DNA of 64,000 nucleotides, from NCBI RefSeq assembly GCF_033153115.1, contig NW_026889761.1, forward strand, positions 19,902,001 through 19,966,000. Reading direction: 5' to 3'. Numbering within the stretch: the first letter of the stretch is position 1; each line of letters begins with the position of its first letter. This stretch comes from Saccostrea echinata (taxonomy: Eukaryota). This document shows, piece by piece, positions 37,908 to 50,240 of this stretch. The position numbers and the translations under genes were made by a program. The notes under the pieces are model-generated. The model was given only the letters and a program-made list of their open reading frames with translations. It was not told the origin of the DNA and did not search any database.

Positions 37908-38625
37908 AGAAACTTCCAATCAAGTAACTGACATCTCATAAATTTGGTCATTCTTGAATAATGAGTGCATTCAAGAATATTATTTCAAGATATTTTCAGT
38001 CTATACCACGGAAATCAAGCGTCTTCGAAGATGTAAGCTGTCTAACGTAATTTAGGTATAACAGTTAAAAATAACCTTCATATGTATCAAATGCAAATTA
38101 ATTAACTGCATGTCCCATATTTAGTACCTTTTCTGGACAGTTACACCATTATTACAATATTACATGCATTGTGACCTTTTAAAGTATCTTTTTATGTTCC
38201 TATTGAAAAGGGGGCATACATTGCTTTGCACCAATATACCAAGTGTTGTCTGATCATTATCTTGAAAACCCTTTGCCAGACAGACATCAAACTTAGTACA
38301 CTGGTACTCTCTGAAGAGATGTTCCTTCTTGGTTTTGAAGTCACAAGGTCAAAGGAAAAGGGTCAAAACACTCCAGATGTAGAAAGATTTTGTCCATTCT
38401 TTCTTGAGAACCATTCACTTGACTGACATCAAACTTTATTAGTTTCCCTCAAGAAGTAAATGGCCCCTATTGATTTTGAAGCCACAAGGTCCGAGTCAAA
38501 CTGACATGGGATTTTTAAATTGAGAACCGTTTGCTCAACAGACATCAAACATGGTACACTTGTTCCCACGTCAGAGGAGTAAATGATCACAGTAGATTTC
38601 GAGGTCAAGAGGTCAAAATTCACAC

Positions 38626-38980
38626 TACTGGTTCGGTCTCAAGGGGTGTTTTCAATGCAACTAGGTCTCACCTTGTAAACAGGTTCTGCCAGGAGTCCAC
38701 GTTCATGTGACCCTAGTGTAATGCTTTGGAAACTGAGTGACAGTGGTGAAAGGCAAGACTCCGGCGCTTAAATAAGTGGAATCTGTGACTAGGGGAAGGA
38801 AAACCCCAACAGAAAACCACTGATTCTCCGAGTCCAGTGGGGGGGGGGGGTCTGCATGGCTAATCACCAGGGCAGAGTATGGAAACCCAGAAAACACTGG
38901 GGGCCTTATGTGCCGGCGGGCACAAAGAGAATAGGTGAAGTGTGGTCAAGAGACGAATTTGCTTGATATCGTACTGGTCT
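38626..38980 (+). mobile_element. GC-rich insertion, possibly an RTE-derived non-autonomous retroelement, within a degenerate HINE-like array (38200-39600)
   Basis: GC-rich block with GGGGAAGGAAAACCC and a 3' GGCCTTATGTGCC...AAAGAGAATAGGTGAAGTG reminiscent of RTE ends; TACTGGT occurs at both borders. Confidence 0.35.
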
Positions 38981-39763
38981 TGGTACACTGTATCCCCTGA
39001 AGGAGACTGATGACCTGTATTTGCATGGTTTTGAAGTCACAAGATAAAAGGTCAAGGGCCAAATTGGACATAGCAAGTTACTGAACATTCAATATTCTGA
39101 TGAGAACCCTTTTCTTGACATGAAAGTTAGTGTACCCCTTACCCCCTTTTTTTAGACTGAAGTACATGACCACTGTAGATTTTGAGGTCACGGGATCAAA
39201 CTACTCCAGACACATACATAGGAGATTGTTTGTTCAATGTCTTGAGAACCATTTGCTTGACAGACGTCTTAGTACATTGAATTCTTCTTAAGGCATTGAC
39301 AAATTGACAATTTATAAAAATTATACTTTGTTAAAACAAATGTGAATAATTTGTTAAAACAAATTAATAATTTATTATAAATTATTCATTTGTTTTAACA
39401 AAGTATTCATTTGTTCAATTGATAATTTGTTGCAACAGATTGATAATTTGTTTTAACAAATTGATGATTGATTGCAACAAATTGACAATTTGTTACAACA
39501 AATTAGTAATTAGTACAAGATACTGCTTCAGTCCCAATACACTTTCGTAGATACTTAAGAACCTTTTGGTTGACAGACATCACACTTCTAAGAATATAAA
39601 TAGAAGTTTTATCCCCCCCCCCCCGATAATTTTCAAATTTAAAGCTGGGGGTTGGACAGTGTACATCCTGCATCTGCAATATAAAAAAAAATACCTAAAC
39701 CAAATGCAAGATGTCCCATTTTCATTACATTATTAGTCATTTCATTTCTTCTCGTATTACCAA

Positions 39764-40314
39764 ATAATTTAATTTTGTTTGTATTCTAGCCTTTGATTGG
39801 TTAATATCCAAAAAGGAACACAAATTATTTCTGTATAACCTGGTTTGGTATGGGGACACACCCCCCTGACAACCAGCTGAATCGTCTGTATCCATGCAAT
39901 CCTCTCATCTCCAGTCCTCGGGATTCATGGAAAATTCCAGATTTAATAAATTTACCTTTAGCTTCAAACAGTAACTCGGATCTTACCACATGTAAACAAA
40001 AAACATGGCTGCTAGGACCATGTATCAGTTTTTACCTCCCCTTGCTTCCCATCACTTCCGTTACTAGGGTTGTATTATTGAGCAGCAAATTTGAACTAAT
40101 AAAAAGCAACGAAATTTTACACCCACAGTTGTTTAATGATTTTAGAATTAAATTATAAGGAACGACTCTAATTCTTGGCCAAATTATTCGAGTATAACCT
40201 GGTTTGGGTCAGTTTACGCTGTTTTATAATCCGCTTCGCCGATTATAAAGCGTAAACTGACCCAAACCAGGTTATACTCGAATAATTTGGCCAAGAATTA
40301 GAGTCATTCCTAAA
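39764..40314 (+). mobile_element. Hairpin-ended element, second copy
   Basis: Near-identical to 23837-24390; lies about 300 bp downstream of the sHSP2 stop. Confidence 0.7.
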
Positions 40315-40615
40315 ACAATTCAATTACCAAACACTACTTTTTTTCAATTCGGGGATTTTACCATATCAATTCAATCTGCCTGCCTAAACTTTTAAAATAC
40401 AAGGCATTTCTTGGTTTCACATATTTATTATAACAAGGAAAAAAAGAAATACAAAACAGTTATCTGTACAAAATGGCACAAATTGGGACCAGATGACATC
40501 TATCTGATGAACATTTATATGATTATCATTATGCAGATTCGTAATGGAACGACATATCATTTATAAAGTCAATATCTAACGTTCACAAACGTTTGCACAG
40601 TCCACACAAACGCAC

Positions 40616-41344
40616 TCACTTTTTGTCAGCTCTGGGGGCCAGAACAGCCAAATGGCCCTTGGGATCTCGGACACACTTGATATGTTTGTAGTCCACGCCC
40701 TCTGGTACGGTGAACTCGCGTCGGAATGAACGAGACACTTTCATGCCGTCCTCCTCACGTTGATGGTCAGCGGCGACGGAAACAACGTTCCCACGTCGTT
40801 TGACGGTGATGTGGTCAGGCTCAAACACGGACAGATCTACTTTGGTCTCGAATGGTTTCTTATTGCTCTCGACTAACTGCATATCTTTTTCCTTACCGTC
40901 TGTAATGGCTGGAACATTCTCGACCTCAACTTCCATTTCCTCCTCGTCGTCATTAGCTAGAATGGGCGCCTCCACGCAGTAAGTATTATCATTCATCATT
41001 TTGCAGTGAACTTTGCTCTGGTCAACTCCATCCGGAATTTTAATGCATCTTTTTGTTTCACGTACCTCGCCGTTTTGGTCATCCCCACGGACGTGTCGTG
41101 CATGGACTCTTACAAATCCGTCCTCGACGTTCACTTTCACTTCCTCGGGGCTAAAGTTGTCCAAGTGGAAAGTTTGCCTCCATGTTGACGGCACATTTCT
41201 CCTGCGGGGTGCTAGCTGACCCTGAGGTGGCATCAAACCCAATTCATCATTTAGCATGCTAGACAGCAAGCTTCGGATTGGCGTTGCTGATGCATAGTAT
41301 GGTGTGAATGGGCTGTAGTCGTAGTATACAGGTAACAGTGACAT
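40616..41344 (-). CDS. Small heat-shock protein with two alpha-crystallin domains, 242 aa, intronless paralog
   Basis: FHLDNFSPEEVKVNVEDGFVRVHARH... and VDLSVFEPDHITVKRRGNVVSVAADH...FRREFTVPEGVD; colinear with 33010-33708. Confidence 0.92.
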   Translation of the reverse strand: MSLLPVYYDYSPFTPYYASATPIRSLLSSMLNDELGLMPPQGQLAPRRRNVPSTWRQTFHLDNFSPEEVKVNVEDGFVRVHARHVRGDDQNGEVRETKRCIKIPDGVDQSKVHCKMMNDNTYCVEAPILANDDEEEMEVEVENVPAITDGKEKDMQLVESNKKPFETKVDLSVFEPDHITVKRRGNVVSVAADHQREEDGMKVSRSFRREFTVPEGVDYKHIKCVRDPKGHLAVLAPRADKK

Positions 41345-41424
41345 CGTTCCTCTTTCTCTTCTGAAATTCTTTGTACTTCTCTTCTCTCTCGAGCTGGACT
41401 AGTATGCTCATTATGCATGCCGAC

Positions 41425-41565
41425 AAGCTTATATATGGAGAGCAAGGTGCTTCCAGAAAAATCTGGAAAAATCCGTGTAGCACACATCACAATCCGAAGT
41501 GGAGAATATTCGACAACTTTCTGGAACCACACCGATTGGTCGATAGGTTGTTCGAGAAAAAAGAA
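41425..41565 (-). promoter_or_regulatory. Heat-shock promoter: TATA box, several HSEs, CCAAT
   Basis: TATATAAG at about 41428-41435 (minus); TTCCAGAAAAATCTGGAA (41451-41468), GAATATTC, TTTCTGGAAC, GTTCGAGAAA; ATTGG at about 41535. Confidence 0.85.
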
Positions 41566-41664
41566 ATTCGTAATTTAGCTTTAAACTATTATTTATCGAA
41601 TATATCAAGAAAATGAAAACAAATAGCCACATAAGTAATTTTTCCACGATATTCTGTGTATATT

Positions 41665-41806
41665 TTATCCACATGACAACCAATAAACATTCTATGCGGT
41701 ATTGAATTGTTTATCAATTATACTTCCGGTGTTAAAGCACTTGTTTCGATTTGTTTGCTTTAGTTTTAGGCTTAGTTTGAGTCTTTGGAGAAAAACTAAA
41801 GTAAGT
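41665..41806 (+). promoter_or_regulatory. Probable CFAP298 promoter and non-coding first exon
   Basis: X-box half-site CATGACAAC plus CCAAT (41672-41684), ETS-like ACTTCCGGT (41722-41730), strong donor AAA|GTAAGT at 41801; matching acceptor TTTTCAG at 43300 just before the CFAP298 ATG. Confidence 0.55.
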
Positions 41807-42336
41807 TTAGCTGTTTCATTGAATTTTAGATTAGAGAGTATTTCCTCAATCAATTAGGCCCTAATTGTAAGTTGTTTTTTTAAAACTAGGAATATTTTTA
41901 ACAAATGTATCGATAGATTTTTATATTTAAAAAATCTATGATATCATTACCAGTACTAGAGTACAGTTGACTCTCTTTTATTAGCCATACATTCACCTCT
42001 GTATAGAATTTGTTCCGTGTCCCGGAAATGTAGAAAAATAGACAGGGGTGTATAATCATGGTAATTCTACTAAATCTATATCATATGCATATATTACTAT
42101 GAACAGTATTCAGATCGAGAGTTAATATTCAGAATATGAACATGCATGGGGTGTGAATTTGGAATGTCAGACATTTTGGCCCAACGACACTCGTGGGTTT
42201 GGTTGAGTTTTCTGTCTACCAAAAACATGCTAAATTTGAAATTGTGAAAAAAAAATGTGTTGATTTTTTCTATTATATGGATTTTTGAACAAAAACTCAA
42301 AAAGATTTGTTCTGCCCCCTCCCCTCCCCCCCCCCC

Positions 42337-42823
42337 GGCACTTGTTTTGTATACGGGACACCCTACTTATTTTTACCACAAGGTACCTAACTCAATTTCA
42401 GGCACCCCTGCTTCAAGCTCGTATTTTGTTAATATATCGATTATTAACCTACTTTAACCTACTTAATTGTAGGATAAAACCAGAGACCTTGAAATGGAAT
42501 ACTAGGAAGTCTCTGGTTTTATCCTACATTTATAATCCCAACCGGAAGCTTTTGTATCCCATTCAAAGTCTTATTTTGTATCGAAGTAATTTTCAAGGAA
42601 TAAATGAGTGGTTTACAATAAAGAGGCTTGACAAGAGATGTCTGAAACAATTTAATTGACAAGAAAAAAGTCTCGAGAAGTGAACGATGTCATTTTAAAG
42701 AAGGTTAATAATTGATATATTAACAAAATACGAGCTTGTAGCAGGGGTGCCTGATATTGAGTTAGGTACCTTGTGGTAAAAATAAGTAGGGGTGTCCCAT
42801 ATATATGAAACAAGTGCCTGTGG
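42337..42823. mobile_element. MITE with ~100-bp TIRs, AAGTGCCTGTG terminus
   Basis: GGCACTTGTTT...TTGTTAATATATC / GATATATTAACAA...AAACAAGTGCCTGTG; inserted in a C-rich site. Confidence 0.75.
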
Positions 42824-43327
42824 CCCCCACTTTATTCCAAACATAACTTTTTAATATTGAAAATGTTCTTTGAAAGGCTGGTTCCCCCCCCTTTTTGTTG
42901 CAGTATCGTCAAATAAGGGTAATTTAGTAGTGTATGAATAAAATTTGGTACTGAAAGAAGTTGGAACCTCCCCTTTCCCACATCTGATATAGGGTTTTTG
43001 AATTTGACAATTTTCCCCTTTTTTTTTGCTTGTCAAGTCTTTTCAGGTAAGTTGAAATCTTTTTCCCCTGGCTCTGCCCCCCCCCCCCCCAACTTTCAAA
43101 AATGATGCTACATCCCTGGGTGGTTATTTTCAGTACATCTTTTTCTTTTATGTTTTTCAGAATTGTGCAAGAATGTAACATTATCTGGTCTGCCTCATTT
43201 TACTCCTTTTACTGTGGTGCGGACCTGTCTGAGGGCACAGCTAGATAATTCTAATGAGTGTGACTGTTGCTAAAGCGAATAATTTAAAATATATTTTCAG
43301 AGTTCAAGGATTAAAAAGTGACAGAAG

Positions 43328-46300
43328 ATGGTGAAGTTACATATCAAGAAAGGTGACGAGAGCCAGTTTTTGTATGATACAACAGTAGAACAACCCATTG
43401 ATGAGCTCTTGAAAGACATCGTCGCTATCCACAATGGACGACTCAAAGTACAGAGAATTTGTGCTGGTAATATTTTTGCAATCTCATATACATACAGTAA
43501 AACATGCTTAAAGAAAAATGCCAGGGAAGAACAATTTGTTATATTAAAAAGTAACTGGTAAGATAAGTTGAATTTACATTATGTACATGTATTAAAACTA
43601 CAGGGAATAAATTTTTAACTGTTTGCTCTAACCATGTTTTACTGTAAAAATATTGCAGGAAGGGTATTTCATCATAGATTTGTTACTGTAAAAAAAGTCA
43701 CCTTCCTAAGGGATTGTATGGGTAACAGAATTTACATTTATTTACTGACATGGACACAATTACAGTAATTGGCAAAGGCCCAGCATAAAAGAATACGTTT
43801 TTATTATTGTCATATCTGCAATCCAATTTCAAGAACTGAAGAATTTGAAAACTATAAAGTATTGTGCTCATTTCAAATTTCCTAAGCATACTTTTGACAG
43901 AAACAGTCAAAAAGCCCTCGTAGTTTAAATTAATATGACAAGGTATCCATGGCCATCCCCAGGTTTTTGGAAGGGAAGAGGTAAGAAAGGTACCCTTTCC
44001 TTATGCCATATTTTTAAAAATAAAAATGGGTAAACCGTTCTATTTTGGTGGGTTTTGTGCACTTAAAGTCAATTTTTTTAACCATTGATTAAACAAATTT
44101 AAATGGATGAATAGTAAAATTTATTTCATTTCAAAAATGACATTTTTCAATTTTTTTTTATTTAAAGGATTGGTGTTATTGCACCCAACACATCCCCCTC
44201 CTCCTTCCTCTTGCTTTGGTAGCTGTAATCTCAAAATATTGCAAGTTTCTTATTGAGTAAAACTACATAAAAGAATAGAAAACAACTTTCTTTATTTCAA
44301 ATGTTGCTAGAGGGTTGATGACCAAAAAAGGGGGGAAAATGAAGATGCTTGTTAAAAAAATCAATTTGAAATCAAATCAGGTCCGAACATCTCCCTCCTT
44401 TCATTAGCACTTTGCCTCCCCAATGTTCAATACCTTCCGATGCCCTTGAATGACTTTTAAAAACTGTAGTCTGTTATTGATATTCCTTCAAAATCCTTAC
44501 AATAAGATGCGTAGATGTGACATGTTTCTTCTAGGTATAAGGGGAGCTGCCTAACCACATGTGTATAAGGCTTATCCAAATCATTTATTCTAAAATTCCT
44601 TAAGTTCATAGTCTTTATGACTGTTTCACATTAACAGTGACCACTCTTGGAGCATTTTTGCTTATGAAACATTTTTTGGATGGGTTTTTACTAATAATAA
44701 TTACTAATAATTAAATTTGTAATATCATAATCATTATACTTTTTGTTGTAATATATTGTGATGCCTGTGCATCATATTGCACTCTTTGGTATATAGAGCA
44801 CAATACGGATAAAAAAAAGAAGGGGAATGAGGAAACTGAGAATCTTAAATCAAACGAGAAAAAAATATATTAGAGGGAGCTATTTATCGTGATAGGATTA
44901 TGTTGCAAATGTTCACTTTTGTTCTGCAGAAATGGAAGAGCTGGCTAACCATGGAATTACACTGCCACCAAACATGCAGGGTCTTACAGAAGAACAAGTG
45001 GAAGAATTGAAACTGAAAGATGAGTGGGCAGAGAAATGTGTTCCTCAGGGTGGGGTCAGGGAAAACAAGGATCCCATTGGAAGACGCAATGGTCAAGGTG
45101 AGTTATGTTTGTGTGTGAGTCGGAGAGAACAAATTTCCCATCAGAAGATGCAGTTGTCAAGGTGAGTTATATGTTTGTGTGTTAGTCTGGAAAAACAAAG
45201 ATCCCATCGGAAGATGCAATGGTCAAGTTGAGTTGTATATTTGTGTGTTAGTCAGGAAAAAATATCCCATCAAGCAGCACAATGGTCAAGATGAGATGGA
45301 AAACAAACCATCGGTTGATACAGCATGTTCTAGGTGAGCTGTTTGTTTATGTATTTTAGGGAAAAATCAAAGATTCCAATTGGCAATGCAATGGTCAAGA
45401 TTTGTATGTATGTATGTTGGACAGGGAAAACAAAGATCCCATTGATTGAGGCAGTGGTCAAAGTGAGTTGTTTTTTTGTGAGTTAGTCAGGGAGAACAAA
45501 AATCCCCTCAGGTGATGCAGTTATTGACGAGAGTTATTTGTTTGTGTTAGTCAAAGAAAACAAATATCTCATTGGATCTCAATGGTTGAGTCATATGTTT
45601 ATCTACTAAAGAAATGTAATAATGAGCATTAAAAATATGTTAAACTTGAAAATCTAGAGCTTTCTTATTTGAAATGTATATGCTTTTTGATAAACATTTT
45701 ATAGTTATAATTTGAGATTATGTTTTATTGCTTTAATAGCTCCAAATGAGAAAATGGCTGAGATGATGAAGAAAACAGCAAAAGAAGCAAAAGATATGAT
45801 TTCAAAGGTGAGGTAAAACGTAGAACAAATTTAGTTCATGGATTCATAGTAATGTTGATTGACCTTAGGTCATCACAGACATAAAACTGTCATGCATAAT
45901 GTTTGATAAAGTTCGCTGTGGTATACTGCAAATTAAAGTTTACCCATGCCGAAATTCAAGGAAGAATAAATTTCCTTTTGTATTGTGAGTCAAAATACAA
46001 ACCAATTTCTTAAACACTTCAGAACATTAGTGAATTGCCCTGGTGATGGATTTGAAGATTTTGAACAACATTCTACATTTTTTCTTTAAATAAAGTAACA
46101 TAGTTAATGAGTTCAAAATCTTAGTAGTGTAAACCAACTTTTATTCACATGCAAGAAATACCACAAGTTTTGCAACCTGCTTAAACTCGCGAATAATAAT
46201 CGCCACAAACCATTTAATATTTTGCTTTGTATTTGTAGAGAATGATTCCTCAATCGCGAAAATTAATCGTTGCAGATTGATTTCAAACTGACGAATCGCG

Positions 46301-49300
46301 AATAAAAGATGACATGAATAATAGTTGGTTTACAGTAATTTGTTTGTTTTGTATCAATGTGACCAGTGTGTGTATTTGCTACTTAAATTTTTCCTCCCTA
46401 GAAAAAAGTAGAAGCCAATGTTTATGTAACACAAGCCACGGTGAAGGAGGCCCTGGACATTCTGCAAGGTGCCGTCATGATTGTTTACCCCATGAACTTA
46501 CCCCCACATGAAAATGTGAGACTGGAACTGGAAAACAATGAAGATCTGACTGGTACTCAGGTAGGTTAACACTGTGAGACTGGAACTAGAAAACAATGAA
46601 GATTTGACTGGTACTCAGGTAGGTTAACACTGTGAGACTGGAACTAGAAAACAATGAAGATTTGACTGGTACTCAGGTAGGTTAACACTGTGAGACTGGA
46701 ACTAGAAAACAATGAAGATTTGACTGGTACTCAGGTAGGTTAACACTGTGAGACTGGAACTAGAAAACAATGAAGATTTGACTGGTACTCAGGTAGGTTA
46801 ACACTCTGAGATTGGAACTAGAAAACAATGAAGATTTGACTGGTACTCAGGTAGGTTAACACTCTGAGATTGGAACTAAAAAATAAGGAAAATTTAACTG
46901 GGATTTGGATTGGTTAACACACTGAGATTGGAACTAGAAAATAAAGAAAATGTGACCACTTTAAGGTAATTTAACATACCAATGCTAAGGTAATTGAATT
47001 AAAACTCAATTTTCCTCTTTATATATTTTGGACAGAATCTTTTCAGAACTTTCAAATTTGCTAAATGCGGTTAGACTTCAGAATGTTAGACAGTAAAATG
47101 CTTAATGCCAGGGACATGTTGTAGTTAGTCTTCAGTCTCAACTAAATTAGGAATTCCAGTCTCAGTCTTTAAACCATGTGATATCTCAAATTCTCCCACA
47201 GAGTATGATATGCAGAAGTTTTATATACTAATATACTGGGTATGTGTATTTTAATTGGAAATGGTAAATTACACTTTGAAAAAGCAGCAAATTTTGTTAT
47301 GAGAACATAATTACATCACATGGAACATTGTCGTAGGTATACCTTTGTTACTTATCACAACTTTTACTTTGTAGGCTTCCAATGAAGTTTTAGAGGAAGA
47401 GAATACATCAATATGGTTTTCAGGAAAAGAAATGTTAAGAGGAAAACAGTTGAAAGATTTCATTGGTAAAAACGAGAAGACAAAAATAGTTGCCAAAATT
47501 CAGAAAGTAAGTGTATTAGTAATTACTACAAATGGAAACAAGCAAATGTTTTCTTTATTGTCAGATCAAACTAAGAAGATAACAGTATTAATAATGAATA
47601 AAGGAATTTTATTTATTTTTTTTTAACCTCTGAGAGATATTATTGTAACATAAATTGATTTGTTGACACATTCTCTGCAGAACTTTTTAACACAATCTGG
47701 GTCAATCAGATGTTTTCATCAGTAAAAAAAAATTAAGTTTAGGATTCAGGTCTAAATTCAATTAATGTTTCTTTTCTCTTGGTGACTTGCCATTCTGATC
47801 TAAAAACAGAGTGCTGGAAAATGTTTATCTGCTGATAGTATACACTTATTTAGAAAAGAAAATCTTGTGCATTAATAAGTTCTCTGTTATCATCTGTTTT
47901 GCTGTCCCTGTCCAAATTCTGAAATCAGTGTTCCAAATGCTACTTCATCAGTAGTATTTGGCTTTTATAGTCTGTCCCACCAAGCTATTGTCACCACATT
48001 TTGCAACTTATCTCAAAATATATAAATACCTTGGCCTTCAACTTAGGTTCGATAGATAGATCATTTTTTTTCCAATTTCCCTGCATTTATCCGAACCCTC
48101 GAGTTCAACCGGTGTATTGACACGGCGGCAAATTCAAAGTCTACGGGGATTTAACATGGTAAACTCGTCCATTAGCGTCAAGATCACGGGGCAGGAAACC
48201 AGTTTATCGAGGGAGTAGTAGTTCTTTCCAAATTAAAAATGCAAAAAATCTTAAAAATTCAACGAAAGCAATTCAGTGTGTTTTGGTAAAAAATATAAGT
48301 AATGTTTTGCATTCAAATATATTTTGACGAGTTTTCTCATAAACTGAGAGAAAATAATCCGAATCCAATGCAGTACAAGTTGTGGATAACGCACTGCTCT
48401 AGAAACGGGATGTTGACATATGTGTAATAATTTACAGCTTCCTTCGATGAAAACGTAAGTTGGTTTTTTGTTTTTTTTTTCCTTTTACTTCTGAAAGTAC
48501 ACCCACAAAAGAAGTGTTTTCAAGTGCTAATGATTTGTCAAAAGCAAGCATTATTCGGCGAAAGCGTCCAATGCATATCTGCACAGTAGTGGGGGAAAAC
48601 GGATAATTGTATTATTATGAACCAATTTCAAATCATAAATAATATAGCGAATCGAAAGAGTTTTAAAAACAAAAACTTTCAGTAGATCTATAATGGTGAT
48701 GACTTTTTTTGTAAGAAGCTTAAGATTTTTAATACAGTCACAGGGAATATATCTAAAACGCAACAGCTGGTCCACAGAATTTATTATAACTGTAAACAAT
48801 CCTTTCACCTTCTGAATAAAATGTCAAATTCCCCCTTTTAGTTACAGAAAGTTTCCTGATTAAATATACATTAAGTTGAGGATAAAGTAAGCATACTGCA
48901 TTTTATTATAACATAAATGTACTTAGATTAGCTCTCAGAATGCAAATTATTACATTAATCCTAAAATTTCCAGGGGAGGGGGCATGCCCCAAATACTCCC
49001 ATTTTGAAATATTCACACTTCCAGTACTAACATTGCAGTTACATTTCATCCCTTCATGTGAAAGGCAGTGTGATTTTTTTGGGTTGTTCCGCAGCCCCCC
49101 TCCCCCCCCCCCCTTTCACTAAAAATCTTTTGTTAAGTTGGAATTCATAATATGGTAATGCTGTAAGTTTCCCTGATATACAACCCTTGATATTTCTTTT
49201 TTATTTCACCAGTATTGTAAAAAAAAAAAAATCTTTATTTTTTTTTTGGAGGGCGGTGATATTTCTTTAAAGTTCATAATCTGAAATTCATTGACTTACA

Positions 49301-50201
49301 TCTACCCCATAGTTAACCCATTTTGTTCAAACAGTAAAGAAAGAGAGCATACAGGACAATCCCCTGCTGTGAGATATCTTATATATATATTACAATTTTC
49401 AAAGTTCAAGGAAGAGTTACATTTAAAAAAGTTGTTAGTAATGTCAATGGCAAACTTAAATTTTCACTACCTCAGGATGCTTCAATATCAATATTACTAA
49501 TCATGGCTTTGCTGTTCTTTAACAGAAGAATTTTAAAGATTCCTCCCCCCCAATGTTTTCCTATGTAAAACGCTCATCGCTCATTGTGCCCCCCCCCCCC
49601 CCCCCCACCCATCCTAAAATTGAACAAATTTGAATCTACACTACCTGAGGATGCTTCTATAATAATATGATTAATCATGGCTTTGCTGTTCTTGAAAAGA
49701 TTTTTTTCAAGATGATTCCTATATATTCTTATGCGAAACTTTGACCCTCTGTTGTGTCCCCACACCCATAATTTGAACAAACTTGAATCTACACTACCTG
49801 AGGATAAATTGATTCTACATTACCTAAGGTTGCTTCTGAATTAATATGACTAATACTAGTAGTGGCAAAGCTGTTCTCGAGAAGAAGATTTTTAAAGACA
49901 GTTCCCATATATTCCTACATAAAACTGTGGCCCCCCTAACCCCCCCCCCCTCCTCCGGGGTTATGATATGAATAAACTTGAATGTACATGTATGTAATGT
50001 AATTTGTAATGAAGCTTTTACATAACTTTCATCTTTTCTAGCCCAGCTAGTGGTTCTTGAGAAGAAGATTTTTAAAGATGCTACTAAATTTTCATGAACA
50101 CTTAATTATCTCTCCTTGAAAGAAGGCATGGCACTCCTGTAAAAAAACTTATAATAAAATCCCCTTCACCCAAGGATGCTGTGTCACATTTGCAAGTTTG
50201 T

Positions 50202-50240
<39 letters not shown>

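Noticed and set aside
23924-40158. Duplicated MGTHPPDNQLNRLYP ORFs as a small gene family
   Set aside because: Both lie within copies of one non-autonomous element and differ by a frameshift.
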